Source of the DNA: Rebecca billardiae RCC1528
Taxonomy: Eukaryota > Protista > Haptophyta
Length of the DNA stretch: 64,000 bases
NCBI GenBank assembly: GCA_965240325.2
Contig: OZ251223.1
Coordinates: 4,487,644 to 4,551,643, forward strand
Direction: 5' to 3'
Part shown: piece after piece, positions 23,790 through 34,988 of the stretch
Numbering within the stretch: position 1 is the first letter of the stretch
How the letters are laid out: each line of letters starts with the position of its first letter
Position numbers and translations under genes: made by a program
The notes under the pieces: model-generated
The model's input: only the letters and a program-made list of their open reading frames with translations
Database searches by the model: none
What the model was told of the DNA's origin: nothing

Positions 23790-24468
23790 CGCGCACTCAG
23801 TCGGAGAGATCGGCACCGAGGCTTGGACTCCGGGCTCGATCGGATGGCCGGGCCTGGCCGGCCGCGAGCGACCTCGAGTCTGCTGGGCCGGCGGACCGAA
23901 CCGCATACACACTATCGTCTATCATCATCGTCGATCGTGTAACCGGCGTTGTCCGGTGACTCAGTCCGCCGGTCTCACGGTCTGTGTGACAGTCCGCGGC
24001 CTACCGGCCTAGCCTACCGCGATCTGACGGGCCGTGTCACCGACTGACTGCGACCGACTCACGACAGCGGCGGTCAGTCACAGTCACACCATCGTGTTGT
24101 CACCCGGCCTGTAGTACTCATCATTACGTAGTGAAACTGCTGACGCGAGCCGAGTGAGCCTCGGCTCTGCACCAGTGCCAGCGCCGGCAGCTCGGAATCG
24201 GGGCGCCAGCGCTGAGCGCAGTGTGCAGCTTGAGCTGCAGGCACGCGCCCGGCATTTGTCGCGGTGAGCACGAGTGTGGAGCCACGCGGGCCAAGCCGGC
24301 GGCGAGACGAGGGCGAGAGCGCGCACGGCGACGCAGAGCTTGCTGCACCCGCCCCATGCCTGTCAGCCCGACGGGCAGATGCGTCGGGATGCTCGCCGGC
24401 AGCTGCGCCCCCGGCCGCACGCGGCGGCGGTTGGCGCGCGATGCGCCGTCGGCGCGTCGGCCTGGGCC

Positions 24469-27276
24469 TCAGTCGCGGCGGCGGCGGTCGTAGCGGTCGT
24501 AGTCGTCGTCGTCGCGCCGGCGGCGATCGTAGCGGTCGTAGTCGTCGTCGTCACGCCGGCGGCGATCGTAGCGGTCGTAGTCGTCGTCGTCGCGCCGGCG
24601 GCGGTCGTAGCGGTCGTAGTCGTCGTCGTCGCGGCGGCGGTCATCACGGCGGTCATCGTAGCGGCGGTCGTCGTAGCGGCGGTCGTCGTAGCGGCGGTCG
24701 TCGTAGCGGCGGTCGTCGTACCTGCGGGGGCAGGGGCGCGGTGGGCGGCGCGGCGCGGCTCAGCGCGGCCACGCCTCGCGGCGGGCGCGCGGTGCGCGCG
24801 CGCTGCCGCGCACACCGGTCGTAGTGTGGCGGCGGCGGCGGGTGGCGGTCGCCGTAGCCGCCGCCGTGGCTGGGCGGGCCCCGGCGCTCGTTGAGCTTCT
24901 CGTCGACCAGGCCCTTGACGATGTGCTCCGCCTTGGCGCGGCCCGACTTGTCGTGGCCGAAGATGAGCAGCTGCTCGTCCGCGCCGCGGCCGCCGCCCTC
25001 GAGGAAGCAGAAGGTGCCGCTGTCCTCCTCCACCTGCCGCAGGCACGAGCCGCGGTTGCCGGTCACGTAGCCGACGCAGTCGGGCGGCACGCGCACCACG
25101 CTCACGTCGGTGCGCTCCTCCAGGCCGTCGACGCGCACCGGGCCTGCACGCGCGCGCGCGCGCGGCGGCGGCGGGCGTGAGCGCGAGCGCGCGCGGCGGC
25201 GGCGGCGGCGGCGGGTGCGCGGGTGCGCTGTGCGCCGCGCGGTGCGCGCGCACCTTGGCGCTGCTTGAGCAGCCACTTGAGATAGTCGCGCGCGCGCTCG
25301 CGCTCGGCGCGCGTGCCCGCGAGGTGCGCGATGTGGCCCACGTACTCGACGACGCAGTGCGAGGCGCGCGCGAGCTTCTTGCGCGTGCCGCCGTCCTTGC
25401 CGAGCGCGTACGAGAGCTCCTGGTCGGTGAGCGGGTACGTGTCGGTGCCCCACTCCTCGTCGCACACCGCCTTGCCCGCCTCCTTTGTGAAGTGGCCCGG
25501 GTTCTTGGTCTCGACCGCAGACATGACCTTGAGCTCGGCGCCGCGCCGCCCGCGCGTGGGGCCGAAGATGGCGAGCTTCTCCGTGCCGCCCGCCTCGCGC
25601 GCCGTCTCGCGCGCCTCCTTGCCGTCGCGCTGCATGCGCGTCTCCATGAAGAACATGAGCGTGCCTACGCGCGCACGCGGGGCGGGGCGAGGGCGGCGCG
25701 TGAGGCGAGCGCCGCGCGTGTCGGCGCGCGTGTCGGCGCGCGTGTGCGCGCCCGCACCCCACTCCTCCTCGATGCGGCCGAGCGTCGCGCGGCGCGCGCC
25801 CGTCACGTAGCCGACCGTGTCGCGCGGCACCTCGACCACCGTGCAGTCGTCGCGGCCCTGGGCGGGCAGCGAGTGCGCGGAGCGAGTGCGCGGAGCGAGT
25901 GCGGGCGTGCGTGCGTGCACGCGTGCGTGCGTGCACGCGGCCGTGCCGGGGCGGTGCCGGGGCGTTGTGAGCGGGAGGGAGATGAGCGCGAGGTCAGCGG
26001 CAGGGACACGGACACCCAGCGGGAGGGACACCGGGACGGTCGGCAGCACGGACGCGAGAGGCCGTGCCGGGCGTGGACACGGGGCGGGGCCGTGCCCATG
26101 GCGTTGTACACACCTTGTAGTCCACGTACACCGGCCCCTTGAGCTGCTCAAACAGCCACGAGAGGTACTGCCGGGCACGCGCGCGCTGCTCCGGCGAGCC
26201 GCACCTGCGCGCACGGGGGCAGCCGCGCGCGTGAGGCGCCGCCGCCGGCGCGCGCGCACGCCGCGCCGCGCGGGGCCGCGTGGGCCCGCGCGCGGCCGCG
26301 CACGGGGCGCCTCGCTGCGTGCGCACATGTAGACCGTGTTGCCCACGTACTCGACGATGCACTCAGACGAGGCGGCCAGCTTCTTGCGCGTGCCGCCCTT
26401 CTTGCCGAGCGCGTACGAGAGCTCGTTGTCCTCGAGGCGGCGCGTGTCCGTGCCGAAGGCCTCGTCGTCGTCGGGGAAGGTGATCACCTCGGCAAAGTGG
26501 TTGCGCACCTTCGTCTCCACCGCAGCGAGCACCTGCGGCGGCGCGCGCGCGTGCGGCGCGCGCGCGCAGAGCGCGCGTGAGCGCGCGCGCAGAGCACGCG
26601 TGAACGCGCGCGCAGAGGGCGGTGGAGCCGGCGCGCGGCGCACCTTGAGGTGCGCGCCGCGGCGCGAGCGGCGCGGCCCGAAGATGGCGAGCTTCTCCTC
26701 CGCGTTGCCCGCGCTCGGCCCGCGCCGCCCGCGGTACTCCGCAAAGAACATGAGCGTGCCCCACTCCTCCTCGATCGAGCGCAGGAAGTTGCCCTGGCTG
26801 CCGGTGACGAAGCCGACGGCCTCGTGCGGCACGAAGACGACGGTGAGGTCGTCGTCGCCATCGTCCTCGTCGATCGACACCGGGCCGACGCGCTGCGCCA
26901 TCACCGCCTCGACGTACTTCTTGGCGCGCGAGCGCGCCTGCGGCGGCCCCATGATCTCGAGCGTGCGCGAGCGCTCAAGCAGCTCGATGCGCGCGCCGGA
27001 CACGCGCGCGATCTTTTCCTTGGTGCGGCCCTGCTTCCCAAGGATGAAGGCCGCGTCGTCGTCCGAGATCTCCAGCACGATCTTGTTCTCGTACTCGCGC
27101 GCGCCGCCCGCGGGCGCGGGCGCGGCGTCGTCGCGCTCGCGCGTGCGGCCGCGCCCGCCCTCACGGCCGTCGTCGTCGTCGTCGTCGCCGCGCGGGCGCG
27201 CGTCCACCTGCCCGAGCTCCTCCTCGTCGTCGCGCGCCGCGCCGCCGTCCACCATCCCGACGTCCTCGTCCGCCAT
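24469..27276 (-). CDS. multi-KH-domain RNA-binding protein with an Arg/Asp/Tyr repeat tail; introns 26533-26643, 26205-26326, 25858-26113, 25665-25757, 25144-25253, 24722-24815
   Basis: GxxG-type loops ILGKQG, VTGSQG, ALGKKGG, VTGARR (degenerate), ALGKDGG, VTGNRG. Six GT..AG introns give a continuous frame ending ...YDRRRRD-TGA. Confidence 0.85.
24472..24720 (-). repeat. coding tandem repeats: 15-bp (YDDRR) and 39-bp (RRRRDDDDYDRYD) units
   Basis: gcggcggtcgtcgta repeated ~4 times and cgtagcggtcgtagtcgtcgtcgtc repeated 4 times on the + strand. Confidence 0.9.
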
Positions 27277-27528
27277 CGGCCGCGGGCCCGCTCGCACGGC
27301 GGAGTGACACCCGACCCCCTCGTGTGCTCGCGCCGAGGGCGAGCCCGCGACGAGGCCGAGGCGCACTGCCGTCAGCGGGGGCTGTCCGGGGTGGGGCAGC
27401 GGCGCTGCAGCCGCTGCGGCGCACACCGCCCGGATCGGACTCATCGAAGCCGCGTGGATCCCGATGGACAACAGAATCCCCGTATCATTTAACGGCCCGC
27501 CATAATAAAGACTGCTGCGCATGCTATT

Positions 27529-29056
27529 AAACTGTGCCCTGGCGGGCGGGGGGGTCGGCGGGCCGTGCCAGTGCTGTCGCAATGTATCCTCTGCGGGTTC
27601 GCGTCTTTCCACAGCATTCGCTCGTGGCCGTGGGTGACGGACAGTCCGAGGACCAGTGACACCTGTGACCTGAAGTTCCCCGGCCACGTGCACACGTGAC
27701 AGTGTCGACGTGACACGTCTCGGTGCGCATCAGGCAAGGCCCGCACACCCACGAGGGAATGTGCAGCACGCGGGGCGGGGCGGGTAGCCCGTTGCTCCGC
27801 GCGAGCGCGGGTACGCGCTGTATGTGCCGCATCTCGACCGCGATGGCGTAATCGAGCGCCTCGCCGCCGACGAAGCCGCCAGAGTAGATCGTGTGCATGT
27901 CCTCCTGCCGCCAGCCGAGAGCGGTCGTCGCGAAGACGCTTGCCGATGTCCGCTCCGGGCATGATGGACTCGGCGCAGGTCGCGTTGACATCGTACACTG
28001 CCGCCACGCTGAGCACGAGCGCGTTGACGTTCACGCGGTCGTCGCTCTTCGCCTTTTCGACAGGTCTGGCGCCCGCGTGTTCGGGCGGCACGAGGAGCTG
28101 TTGGTTGTGCGCGCGCGCGCGCACAGCGACAGCGTGTGCCACTCGCGATCGAGAGTGGGCACGAGCTGCTCACGCAGGCACATGAATCGCAGCGCATCCG
28201 TCACCGGCGTGACGACTTCCGCCTCGTCCCGCAGCGCCTGCGCCATGGACGAGGATGGCGCGGCGATGTGGCATGCTCGACGTTTCATCTCTCTGCGGAT
28301 GGCATCACGGGCTTGTCTGGGTCGCCAACTCGCGAAGACGCGGTTGCTGCCACGGCGATAGACCCGGGAGGTGCGTCCGCTGCGCGTCGTACGCCGTTGG
28401 CGCTGCGCTTCCGTCGCATTGGTCACCGTCGACGCCATGCAGGCCGGACGTGGGCTTCGAGGGACCGCGAGCGACGACTGAGTCCGGTGCGCGGATTCCG
28501 GCGATCGAGTTCAGAAGGCCGCGCCAAATCTTGCCTCGCGTGCGATGGCGCTTCGAACCCGCCCGCGAGACACCTCGTGATGAATGCGTTTCCGCACCGA
28601 GCCCGACGCGCGGCGGTGGATCGTGCGAGGCGGCCATCGTGCGCAGCGCTTGCTTCTATGGCCCGTGCGAGCGCTCGCCGTGCAAGTCGGGCGAGGATCG
28701 TCCCAGGTCGCACGATCGTGTCGACGCGCCGAGCGTACCTCCAAACGCGTCGACTTTGGCCCCCGTTCGACCTGCACGCGAGACGACGAGGGCAGCAATC
28801 GCGAATCGGGCGAAAAAGCCGTTCGGGAATCCCCGCGCGATGTCCGCGCCGGCGTTGGATTTGGCGCGCGCGGCCCACGCGCTCCGCGCCAGGCCGCAGA
28901 TGGTTTTCGGCCGAGCGTCCCCAGTGGGAGCTGCGAGGGCGCCCGGTAGTGAGCGAGGCGATTTTCTTTTCTTGGCGAGGCGATTTTCGTCTTTTTCCTT
29001 TTCTTTGTCTTATCTTTTTCCCGGGCACTACAAGGGGCGGACCTACGGCCCGCCAT
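27529..29056 (-). mobile_element. diverged, internally deleted solo copy of the 2127-bp Helentron-like unit
   Basis: Both termini are conserved (5' ATGGCGGGCCGTAGGTCCGCCCCTTGTAGT; 3' GGCACGGCCCGCCGACCCCCCCGCCCGCCAGGGCACAGTTT). Frameshifted homologues of the MASTV.NATE and GGFVGGEALDY peptides are present. Confidence 0.85.
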
Positions 29057-29134
29057 ACGGCCCGCCATATACGGCCCGCCATATATGCTGTAATAGCAAC
29101 GGCCCGCCCGCGCGACGTGACGCCGCGCGTGCCG

Positions 29135-32100
29135 TCAGCCGCCAGCGGCACCCCGCCGCGGGCGCTCGCACACGTAGTGCTCGACGGCCGTGCTGCACGG
29201 GCGCGCGAGCCAGCCGCCGCCGTCCATCACAGCGCAGTACGCGTCCGCGCTGAACACGGGGAACAGCACGCCGCCGCGCGTCTCGGGCTGGCCCGGCGCC
29301 CAGTGGGCGTACGCGCGCGCGCCGAGCGCGCGCGCCGGCTCGGCTGCCTGCCCCGCGTCGCCGAGCGCGTCCGCGCCGCGCAGCCACGCGCTCCCGTTGG
29401 CCGCGTCCACGCCCTGCGGCGCCACCAGGTCGATCCACACGCCGCGCATGGCGCGCGCGCCGACCAGGCAGCCCAGCCGCGCCTCCTGCGCGGCCGAGGC
29501 GGGCAGCGCCAGCCGCGCGCCCAGCCGCGCGCACGCGCTCGCCGCGTGCGCGTGGTGCACCGGCCCCAGCTGCCCCCCCGCCGCGTGGCCGCTGCCGCCT
29601 CTGCCGCTGCCGCCTCTGCCGCTGTGGCCTCTGCCGCTGTGGACGCTGTTGGAGAAGAGATACTCGGAGGGGCCCTCGGGCGGGGACAGCCAGCCGCCGC
29701 CCACGTGCGCCAGCTGCGCGTTCGACGCGGCGCACGCGTCGCACGCCGCGCGCGCGGGCTGCACGTGCTCGTGCCGCACGTAGAGCGCCACGGCTGCCAG
29801 CAGGCAGAGCCACGCGCACGCCCACGGGCCCCACGCGAGCAGCAGCGTGCGCAGCCCCACCAGCGCGCGCGCGCGCGGCGTGTCCGCGGTGCTCGCGCGC
29901 GCCAGCACGGCCGCGTCCGCACCGCGCCAGCCGGGGCTGCCGGGCGGGCGCGGCCGCGTGCTGCTGCTACTGGCTGGCGACTCGGCCGCGGCCGAGCGCT
30001 CGGCCAGCTCGACCGCGCCGCCGCCGCCGCCGCCGCCGAGCGCGTGCTGCCGCTGCGCGTGCTCGGCCGCCGTGTACTTTGCGCACCCCCTGAGCAGCGC
30101 GCGCACGCGGCGGTTGAAGTTGGGCAGGGTGCCGCACGCCGCCTCGACGCAGCCGAGCAGACGGTCGTAGTCGGTGCGCAGCCGGCACTGCGCGCGCACC
30201 GCGTCGAACTCCGCGAGCTCGGAGGGCTCGAGCCCGGGCAGCAGCATCATGCTCACAGACTCGAGCCCCAGCCCGCCCATCAGCGCGCGGTCCACGGTCG
30301 AGGGCATCGCGCCCCGGCCCAGCGCGGCGCGGGGCCGAGCGGACGAGGCGGCCAGGCTGGGCGGCGGCACAAACGGCGTGACGGGCGTCGGCTGCAGCCC
30401 CTCCGCGGCGGCCGCGACCGCGCGCTCGGCGGCGGGCGACTCGGTGGACGCGCGCCCCGTGGCGCCGCGCCGGCCTGCTCGCGCGCCGAGCACCGCGCTG
30501 GGCGGCTCCTCCGCCTCGTCCTCCTCCTCCTCCTCCTCCATCTCCACGGCCCCGCGCATCTGCTCAAACGTGAAGAGCTCGACCACGCTGAGGGGGGGGA
30601 GCGCAGGGGCAGGGGCAGGGGCGCGGCCAGAGGCGCGCGTCTGAGCGCCGCATGCGTGGCGTGCGCGCGGCCCCGGCCCGGGGCGGGGTGCCCTGCACTG
30701 CCCTGCACGCAGCGCACGCAGCGCACACTGCAGCGCGCAGTGCAGTACGCACCACCACAGCCGCTCGAGGTAGGTCGGCCCCGCGAGGATGAGCAGCTCC
30801 CGGCTGGCTGCCAGATAGAAGGGCAGCAGCGGCAGGTCCGTCTCGACGTCGCCCTGGTCGATGCACGCGCGGTCTGAGGCGCGCGCAAGGGGCGGCGGCG
30901 CGCGCCCAACGCGCGTGAGGTGGCCTCCCTCCGCGCGTGCGCGTGCGCGCGGCCGGCTGGGCCGCACCAATCCAGAGCAGCGGCTCTCGCGCCGAGTTGA
31001 GCGACTTGAAGCGGCGGCGCCACGCCTGCAGCGCCTCCCACTTGTGCTCGGGCGGGTCGTGCCACCTGCGCGGCGCGTGGCGAGCGCGCGAGGCGGGCGC
31101 GCGCATGAGCGCGGTCGGCGCGTGCCGCGCGGTCGCACGGCCGCGCGCGCTGCTGGGCGCGCGGCTGCGCGCGGCTGCGCGCACGAGTGCGAGACGAACG
31201 CGTCGATGTCGTCGACGTGCACGGGGACGGAGCGCTCGAACCACGCGTTCGCGCCCACCGCGTCCGTCGCGTTCGTCTCGAAGAGCGCGCGCGTGAGCAG
31301 GTCGCACCGGATGGCGCGCAGCCGCTTGCGCCCGCTCGCGATCGCGCTCGCCGGGTCGGCGCCGCCCACGAGCGAGGCGATGCCCGCCGCGGTGGCGAGG
31401 CCGGTGCCGCCGGTGGCGAGGCGCTCGCGCGCGCGCAGCCGCACCGCGGGCGTGAGCATGAGCACGCCCAGCGCCGCCCACACCACCCCCGTCGCCGCCA
31501 TCAGCGGGAACACCGGGTCGGTGCCGAAGCCGACCGTGAGCGCGGCCGGCACAATGTCGACGCCGAGCGCGAGCGCCGCGCCGAGCACGTGCAGCCCGTG
31601 CGTGCGCCAGATGCGGTCGACGTGCCGGCGCGTGTCGAGCGGCTCGAGCCAGCGCGGCCCGGCCGCGCCCGCCGGCCCGCGCCGCGCGCCCACCACCCAG
31701 CGCGCCAGGCCGACGGCGAACGAGCTGCCGGTGACGAGCGCGATCGAGGCGGTCGCCAGGTTGCTCAGCGCGACGTACACGCGCGGCGAGCCGAGGCACG
31801 TGCCCGCGCCGCTCGCGCGCAGCTGCGCGACGGCGATGCGGACGAAGAGGCTGACGTACACGCACTCGAACAGCGCAAAGATCGCCGCCGCCGCCGCCGC
31901 CGCGGGCCCGTTGGTCGTGGGCAGCGCAAACAGGATGAGCGGGTACGAGCCCACCGCCACGATCAGCCCGACCCAGTAGAGGCGGTCGGCGTCATCCCAC
32001 GCGGACGCGGCGATGAGCGTGCCGGACGCGATGAGCACCAGCCCGCTCGCCAGCGGCAGCACCGTCGTGCGCATCGTGTACCGCCGGCCCTGGCGCCGCG

Positions 32101-32317
32101 CGGCCGCCAGCAGGCCCGTCACGCGCTCCGCCGACATCTGCCGCCGACGGCCGGCGACGGAGCTCAGCCGCCGCCGGCTGGGCGTGTGGCCGGCGGCATG
32201 CAGCTCGGGCACGCGATCGGCCGCCCCGGCGTCCTCGTCGCCCAGGCGCTCGTGCGCGCCGTGCGGCGGTAAGCTGGGGTGGACGCGCGCAGCCCCCGCG
32301 CCTGGAGGGCGGGCCAT
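29135..32317 (-). CDS. multi-TM / TIR-like domain / TM / C-type lectin domain protein; introns 31066-31184, 30874-30967, 30588-30752; start uncertain (32317, 32137 or 32074)
   Basis: Spliced: about 6 hydrophobic helices, then DAFVSHS|WHD...LLWI|DRACIDQ...LAGPTYLERLWC|VVELF (TIR-like), a TM segment (LLLAWGPWACAWLCLLAAVALYV), then CTLD motifs (C...GARLA, VWIDL, WAPGQPE, CAVM, W...PC, YVCE). Confidence 0.75.
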   Translation of the reverse strand: MARPPGAGAARVHPSLPPHGAHERLGDEDAGAADRVPELHAAGHTPSRRRLSSVAGRRRQMSAERVTGLLAAARRQGRRYTMRTTVLPLASGLVLIASGTLIAASAWDDADRLYWVGLIVAVGSYPLILFALPTTNGPAAAAAAAIFALFECVYVSLFVRIAVAQLRASGAGTCLGSPRVYVALSNLATASIALVTGSSFAVGLARWVVGARRGPAGAAGPRWLEPLDTRRHVDRIWRTHGLHVLGAALALGVDIVPAALTVGFGTDPVFPLMAATGVVWAALGVLMLTPAVRLRARERLATGGTGLATAAGIASLVGGADPASAIASGRKRLRAIRCDLLTRALFETNATDAVGANAWFERSVPVHVDDIDAFVSHSCAQPRAAARPAARAAVRPRGTRRPRSCARPPRALATRRAGGTTRPSTSGRRCRRGAAASSRSTRRESRCSGLVRPSRPRARARAEGGHLTRVGRAPPPLARASDRACIDQGDVETDLPLLPFYLAASRELLILAGPTYLERLWWCVLHCALQCALRALRAGQCRAPRPGPGPRARHACGAQTRASGRAPAPAPALPPLSVVELFTFEQMRGAVEMEEEEEEDEAEEPPSAVLGARAGRRGATGRASTESPAAERAVAAAAEGLQPTPVTPFVPPPSLAASSARPRAALGRGAMPSTVDRALMGGLGLESVSMMLLPGLEPSELAEFDAVRAQCRLRTDYDRLLGCVEAACGTLPNFNRRVRALLRGCAKYTAAEHAQRQHALGGGGGGGAVELAERSAAAESPASSSSTRPRPPGSPGWRGADAAVLARASTADTPRARALVGLRTLLLAWGPWACAWLCLLAAVALYVRHEHVQPARAACDACAASNAQLAHVGGGWLSPPEGPSEYLFSNSVHSGRGHSGRGGSGRGGSGHAAGGQLGPVHHAHAASACARLGARLALPASAAQEARLGCLVGARAMRGVWIDLVAPQGVDAANGSAWLRGADALGDAGQAAEPARALGARAYAHWAPGQPETRGGVLFPVFSADAYCAVMDGGGWLARPCSTAVEHYVCERPRRGAAGG

Positions 32318-33338
32318 CGCGCGAGGCTTGTGTGAGTGGCATGCGCTATGATTCTTCGCGCGGGTTCGGCGGGCTGCTCGCGCGCGCGTCTCTATTCATC
32401 ACGCCCCGGGCCCCGACCCGGGCGTCGGTTGATCACTTACACTTTTCGTCAGCTGGCGCCAACCGATTTCAATAAACTTGTTGCCACTGATGGACGCTTA
32501 AAACATCTCGAGGCCATCTCGGCCCACGGAAAATACCGCCGAGGCCGTTCTTGCCTCTTGGCAGTGTCATCAAGGTATGCCAACCGGTCCAGACCTCAGG
32601 ATTTGGGAAACTCGGAAATTCAAAACCCGCCGCGTGCGCCGCGTGCGCCGCCACAGCCATCCGCCGCGAGGCGCCGCCGGCTGCCGCGCCGCCGCGGTCG
32701 TAGACGTGCACGCGGCGATGGCGCACGCCGTCGGGCAGAGGCATAGAGCCTTTCTGCGCCGCCCTGCGCCGGGCGACTCGCGTCTGCCCATCTTCTCCGC
32801 GCCTTGAGCCCGCACGGACGTGTGCGCCGCCTCTCACTTCAGCCGTGCTGTCATCCCCGCAAAGTATGCGCGCGCTGAGAGCAACCCGAGGCGCGCATCC
32901 CAGGAAGGCGTGAGCCATGTTACAGTACGGTCGTAGGCGCGCGCCATGGTGCCCAGCGGCTTCCCGCGCGTGCGTGCCTCTCTGCTGCCTCGGCAGGCAA
33001 GGCGCCCATGTCTCTGGCTGCACGTGGCGGCGGCGCAAGCTCGCGCTCGCGCGGGCCTCAAGCTGACCTTCCAGGTGCGAGGGCGCGAAGCGCTGCGCCA
33101 CGCGCAAGCTACAGTAGTTCACCGCCTCGCTACCGCCCCGCTGCGTCCCATCGGAAGCTCTACTGGACATCGCGCGGCCTCGCCCTGGCGGCGGTAGGCG
33201 CGAGCGAGGTGGCGGGCGGCGGCGGCGTTCAACTGAGTCCGGGAGCGCGGCGCCCAGATTTCCACCCGGAAACCCACCTGGGGTGGGTTTTGGTTTTGGC
33301 TGGCAAATCCCGAGGCAAGGGAGTCGTTAAATCAAACA

Positions 33339-34833
33339 GCGGGGGCCTAGCGGCCTTGTCCCGGTGGGGCTGGTCGAACACAGCGCGGCGACGGGCGCCG
33401 ATTGAGACTATTAGATTCTGCGCGCTGCTTAAAAAGTGCTATAATATGGCGTATTAATCTTTAATATAATCTTATAATATATTCAGGGGGCGGCCGCAAT
33501 GTGTTGTGTGAAGTTCCGATCGTCTTGTGGTAAGTTGTGGTACGACAGTTACGCGAGCCGGGCCGTGACTGACGATGAGGGGGTGGCATCGCACATCTGT
33601 GGCTAGCGGCTATTTCCTGCAACGGAGCCGCTGCGTCGCGGAATGCATACGTGCTGTGAAATATATGGATGCCGATATTCAGGATTTGCGCCATTATTTG
33701 TCGCCTGATGAGGAATGGGTGGCCTGTTTTATTTCTACCAGATTCCATTTACTATGTCACGGCGACAAACCCGTGCTCGCCAGTGGGAATCGGTGTCACG
33801 CTCCGTTGGGTGTACCTCTCACGGCCGATGGCGGCCCCCACGTGCGCAAGGAATGCGATTCGTGCACTCCTCGGTGACCGGTGAGTGCACGAATCCAGTT
33901 GCGGCGCTCGTCCGCCTCGTCGTTGTCGCACACGAGGTACACCCAACACCATGGGTCGGATCCCAGAACTCTCCGCGCGCTCGCGCCTGCGCGGCACTGG
34001 CAGGCTTGTTCTCATCATCTTGGCCAAGACTGCAGCCTGAAAGATGCGCGAGGACGCGTGTGCACGCCTTTCCGCGCGTCATGGGTGCGCGTGGCACGCA
34101 CCTTGTAATATTATACGCCGAGGAGGCCTGAGCATCCGGCCTACTAACCTTCCGCGATCACGTTCAAATGCAGGCAGCAAGCTGCAAGCAAGCGCACGCC
34201 GAACGGAAGCATCTCAAGCTCGACAAGGTAGTGGCGGCGGAGCGTTTAGAGCTGGTGGCGATTGCAGTCCATCTGGCTGTGAACTGGTCGCTAACTGACA
34301 CGGGTGCGACGCAGCAGCCAAGGCAGAGTGCTTGCAGCTTGCAGAGGGCCTCCAGCTGCAGCGCCGGTTTGCCGCCGCTCGCCGCCGCTGCATCGTGCAC
34401 ACTGCCGTGCACCGCGAGTGACCCCTGTGTCAAGGCGAAGCACCACGGCAAGGCGAATCAGCATGTCTGACAACATCCTTCGCCACAGCGCAGCGCCTCA
34501 ACACGAGAATGCGCGAATGACGTGCCATCACTTCTCCGGACTAGCTCCGGGGCCCGCACCAGCGGGCAAGCCGCCATTGTACCGCGTTTTGGCGAATGTC
34601 GCCTTTGGGCTCTCGTAGAAATAAAACAGGCCGGGTTGGATGTGATGGGAGCGAGTGAGTGCGTATTCTGTGAGCGCCGCGACGGTGTGCCGGGGATCGG
34701 ACGATCACATTGTCCCGGTGCGCCAATCTACAGCGACTGCATGCAGGCTGATGTGCGCCGTGCGTGTGCGTGCCGTCACACCGTGCGGGGGCCTGGCGGC
34801 CTTGTCCCGGTGGGGCTGGTCGAACACAGCGCG
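33339..34833 (+). repeat. 49-bp direct repeat pair (33339-33387 and 34785-34833)
   Basis: GCGGGGGCCT[A/G]GCGGCCTTGTCCCGGTGGGGCTGGTCGAACACAGCGCG occurs twice with one mismatch. Confidence 0.85.
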
Positions 34834-34988
34834 TGTAGGACGCGACGGAGAAGCTGGTTAGGGCCGGCAGACCCGACGACGATGGGACGAGTTGGCCGTT
34901 CAGCGCTGACTATAACGGTATCATCCGGTGGCGCGCCGCAGGCGCGCGCGCGCGGCGCCACAGCACGGTACCGCACCGCCACCGCGGT

